From: Halodesulfurarchaeum sp.
GTDB taxonomy: Archaea; Halobacteriota; Halobacteria; Halobacteriales; Halobacteriaceae
DNA: 64,000 nucleotides
NCBI GenBank assembly: GCA_034520565.1
Contig: JAXHNL010000002.1
Span: 96,001 to 160,000 of the forward strand
Reading direction: 5' to 3'
This document shows positions 60,990 to 64,000 of the stretch, in pieces. The notes beneath the pieces were generated by a model. That model was not told where the DNA came from. It saw only the letters and a list, made by a program, of their open reading frames with translations, and made no database searches. The position numbers were made by a program, and so were the translations under genes. Position 1 is the stretch's first letter; each line of letters starts with the position of its first letter.

Positions 60990-62004
60990 TGGCCCCGTCG
61001 ATATCCCGGCAACGTCGGCGATATTCTTGGCTACGAAGTGTACGACTGGCCCGGAAATGGCCTCACAGCAGACATGGGTTTCCAGACGAACGAAGGCGAG
61101 TACATGAAAGCCGACGAATACGACGAGCTCATTGCGGACCCCATCCGGTACATGCTGACGAAGTGGTATCTCCGGGCGTTCGACGAGCTCGAGGGACTCG
61201 CCCAGTGGCCGCTTACGACGTACGCGACCGAGTTGACCCTGTTGCCGTTCGAGACGACCGTGTTCGGCACCGAACCGATGCAGCAGGCCCACGACGCCCT
61301 CAAAGAGGCCATCGAGGCGACCCTCCAGTGGAATCAGACCGTCGGGGCCGTTCAGATCAAGGGGAACATGCAGAGATACCCGTCGACGGCGGGTGGGATC
61401 GGAAAGGCGCCCTTCGACGTGCTCGGTGACACCCTTCGGGGGACCCGCAACGTCATGATCGACATGCGAAAGCGTCCGGAGGAGGTAAAGGCCACGGCAG
61501 AAGCGCTCGTTCCAGAAATGATCCAGATGGCCATCGAGGGGCCAAAGCAATCCGGCCTGCCCTTCACGATGTTCGTCCTGCACAAGGGGGCTGACAGCTT
61601 CATGTCCGATGCGGACTGCCGCGAGTTCTACTGGCCGACGCTCAAGATGGTGATGCAGGCGGTCATGGACGAGGGCATCGTCCCGTGGATGTTCGCCGAG
61701 GGAAGTTACGAGGGCCGTCTGGACCTGATCGCGGAAGACCAGCCCGACGGCAAAGTCGTCTGGCACTTCGATCAGACCGACATGGCCCTGGCCAAGGAGA
61801 AACTCGGCGACGAAGCCACGATCGCGGGTAACGTTCCGACTGGCTACATCAAGACCGGCACGCCGGGAAAAAGTGCGGACCTACTGCGAAGACCTCATCG
61901 AGAGCGCCGGACCAGAGGAGTTTTTGCTCACGCCCGGCGCGACGGTCTATCGCGGTCCGGAGGAGAACCTTCAGGCCATCATCGACACGGCGAAGAACGC
62001 GTAA
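60990..62004 (+). pseudogene. UROD-fold methyltransferase 4, 5'-truncated and frameshifted at ~61865
   Basis: Homology starts at YPGNVGDILGYEVYDWPG, just after an in-frame TGA at 60981. The C-terminus EKVRTYCEDLIE...DTAKNA* is in another frame. Confidence 0.75.
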
Positions 62005-62082
62005 ATCGGTCACGGACAGTTTTCTGATTGAACCTCAAGAAATCCGACACCGTCGAGGTCGGGAAAGGCCGAGGCGGAGTCG

Positions 62083-62931
62083 CTACCTGGACCGGATGTG
62101 ACCGAGGAAGCGTTTTGCGTAATCGTCACGCCCCATCACCAGATCGGCGATCAGTACCGTCTCTCTGGTCTCCCCGGGGTTCAATATCGGGACGTTCAGT
62201 CCCGCCTCGATGGCCATCGCGAGGTACAGGTTGTTGATCCGGTCCCGTTCCGGCATCTCGTAGGAAATGTTGCTCAGGCCCAGCGTGATGTTGTTCCCGA
62301 ACTCCTCCCGAATGGTTTCCATCGCGGTGAGGACGTCCAGCCCGGCATCGGAATCCGTAGAGAGGGGATAGGCCAGTGGGTCCAGGATGACGTCCTCGCG
62401 ATCGACGCCGTACTCGTCGGCCTGTTCGAGGAGCGCTTCGGCGAGTTCGATCCGTCCCTCGGCCGATCCCGGCGGGCCGGACTCGTCCATGGTGAGACCG
62501 ACGACGGCAGTGTCGTACTCCGCGACCAGCGGGAAGATCGTCTCGAGTGAGGGGCCCTCCATGCTGACGGAGTTCACGATCGGTCGGCCCGGCACGACCT
62601 CAAGGGCCGCCTCCAGCGCGTCGGCGTCGTCGTAGTTCGTGTCGATGACGATCGGCACGTCGACTGCGTCGGCGACGGTCTCGACGGCCATCGGCAGGAC
62701 CGTCTCCTTGTCGATGCCGTCGGCGTCCACGTTCACGTCGATCAGGTCGGCTCCGTTCTCGACCTGTTCGAGGGCCAGTTCCCGGACTGGCTCCATGTCC
62801 TCATTCTGCAGGGCCACGGCGAGATCGGACTCCGGTCGGGGATTGATCCGCTCGCCGATGATCCTGACCTGTTCCGTCCGGTCGATCCGAACGGTCTCCT
62901 CCGTCCCTTCGACTTCAGTCACTACTGTCAT
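62083..62931 (-). CDS. Methyltetrahydrofolate:corrinoid methyltransferase (AcsE/MtvA/MetH pterin-binding domain)
   Basis: IIGERIN, GADLIDVN, PIVIDT, IVNSVS, ILDPL, GLSNIS; lacks the FolP STRPG and SRK motifs. Confidence 0.88.
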   Translation of the reverse strand: MTVVTEVEGTEETVRIDRTEQVRIIGERINPRPESDLAVALQNEDMEPVRELALEQVENGADLIDVNVDADGIDKETVLPMAVETVADAVDVPIVIDTNYDDADALEAALEVVPGRPIVNSVSMEGPSLETIFPLVAEYDTAVVGLTMDESGPPGSAEGRIELAEALLEQADEYGVDREDVILDPLAYPLSTDSDAGLDVLTAMETIREEFGNNITLGLSNISYEMPERDRINNLYLAMAIEAGLNVPILNPGETRETVLIADLVMGRDDYAKRFLGHIRSR

Positions 62932-63171
62932 GCTACATGTCGAAACCACTCAACCAGATTCTATAAGGATTGTGTTATCCCTGATCCGACCACGGGATAA
63001 TTTGGCAAAGTCAGCGCCAATCGGTTAGTGCCAATGTAAGTCCCAGTCAACCCGATAACGAACAATTTCAGTTGTGTAAGAACAATCAAATCTGAATAAT
63101 TCGGGCCATATCGGCCCTCTACCCCGGAATCTTTAAGGAATAACCAATCCTCATTTTAACCTGGATCACCG

Positions 63172-63828
63172 ATGTCCGATGAATTCGTACAAGCGTTAGC
63201 CGATCTCGAAGAGGACCGAGCGATTGATATGGCCAAAGAGCGCCTCGAGTCGGGTGAAGACCCCCTCGATGTCCTCGATGACTTGAAAAAGGGGATGGGC
63301 ATCGTCGGCGATCGGTACGCCGACGACGAGTACTTCATTCCCGACCTGATGTACGCCGGGGACATCATCGAACAGATTTCCGAACTCCTGCAAGAGGAAA
63401 TGCCTGATCAAGACGACGAGAACATCGGAACGGTTGTCCTCGGCACCGTCAAGGACGACATCCACGACATCGGCAAGGATCTCGTCTACTTCATGTTCGA
63501 CCTCAACGGCTTCAACGTCGTCGACCTCGGCGTCGACGTCCCGATTCAGGACTTCGTCGACGCCGTCGAGGAGCACGATCCCGAAATCATCGCGCTCAGC
63601 GGCTTTCTCACCGCCGCCTTCGATTCGATGAAAGAGACCGTCGAAGCCCTCGAGGAAGCCGGACTCGTCGAGGAGTTCGACGAGGACGGCGTTCGTGACG
63701 GCACGAAGGTCATGATCGGCGGCGGGCAGATCACCGACGACGTCCGGAATTATGCCCGCGCCGACGGGTTCGAAACGGACGCTCCGAGTGGTGTGACACG
63801 AGCCAAAGACTGGCTCGGCGTCGCCTGA
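63172..63828 (+). CDS. Corrinoid (B12-binding) protein 2
   Basis: Near-identical to 55138-55803; DDIHDIG. Confidence 0.93.
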   Translation: MSDEFVQALADLEEDRAIDMAKERLESGEDPLDVLDDLKKGMGIVGDRYADDEYFIPDLMYAGDIIEQISELLQEEMPDQDDENIGTVVLGTVKDDIHDIGKDLVYFMFDLNGFNVVDLGVDVPIQDFVDAVEEHDPEIIALSGFLTAAFDSMKETVEALEEAGLVEEFDEDGVRDGTKVMIGGGQITDDVRNYARADGFETDAPSGVTRAKDWLGVA

Positions 63829-64000
63829 GTGCTCATTCGACCTGCTGTCGCGATTCCGCGTCCCGATTTCTGAGCGAGAGATGGCCGCTGAACCGTCCCC
63901 GACGGAGTGGCTGTAACAAGGGATTTTCGCGCCGGAGAGACCATCCGAAGCGGGAATTGCCGGCAGGTTTTTCTCCCTCCCAATAGAATCGCACACTCGT

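Noticed and set aside
53663-62004. Uroporphyrinogen decarboxylase (hemE) genes
   Set aside because: They lack the RQAGR motif, and four copies amid corrinoid and activator genes indicate methyltransferases.
62083-62931. Dihydropteroate synthase folP
   Set aside because: It has GLSNIS rather than the FolP SRK and STRPG motifs, and sits in a methyltransferase context.
31647-63828. Methanogenesis or pyrrolysine usage
   Set aside because: No in-frame amber codon in mttB, no mcr/mtr/pyl genes, no HxC-type CoM methyltransferase, and a haloarchaeal host signature.

Overview
High-GC chromosomal window from a halophilic archaeon (class Halobacteria): proteins are strongly acidic, and it carries S6e, MC1 and Bat/DmsR-type HTH regulators. 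The gene content points to an anaerobic, sulfur-compound-respiring lifestyle. It contains housekeeping genes (rps6e, msrA, tRNA-Lys, acnA, kbl/tdh, lplA, metY, trmO, btuCD) and two Tat-exported Psr/Phs-type molybdoenzyme operons with different membrane anchors. The most striking content is a ~12 kb corrinoid-dependent methyl-transfer cluster (51.6-63.8 kb): a RACo/ASKHA activator, four UROD-fold methyltransferases, two near-identical corrinoid proteins, an AcsE/MtvA-like pterin methyltransferase and MFS transporters. This matches the Mtv/Mto O-demethylase architecture of acetogens, Methermicoccus and Archaeoglobus, which I do not know to be characterised in haloarchaea. A separate AAA+/vWA/Zn-finger operon ends in a non-pyrrolysine MttB-family methyltransferase. 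Several single-base frameshifts may be assembly errors. All functional calls come from motif recognition by eye; no database searches were run.
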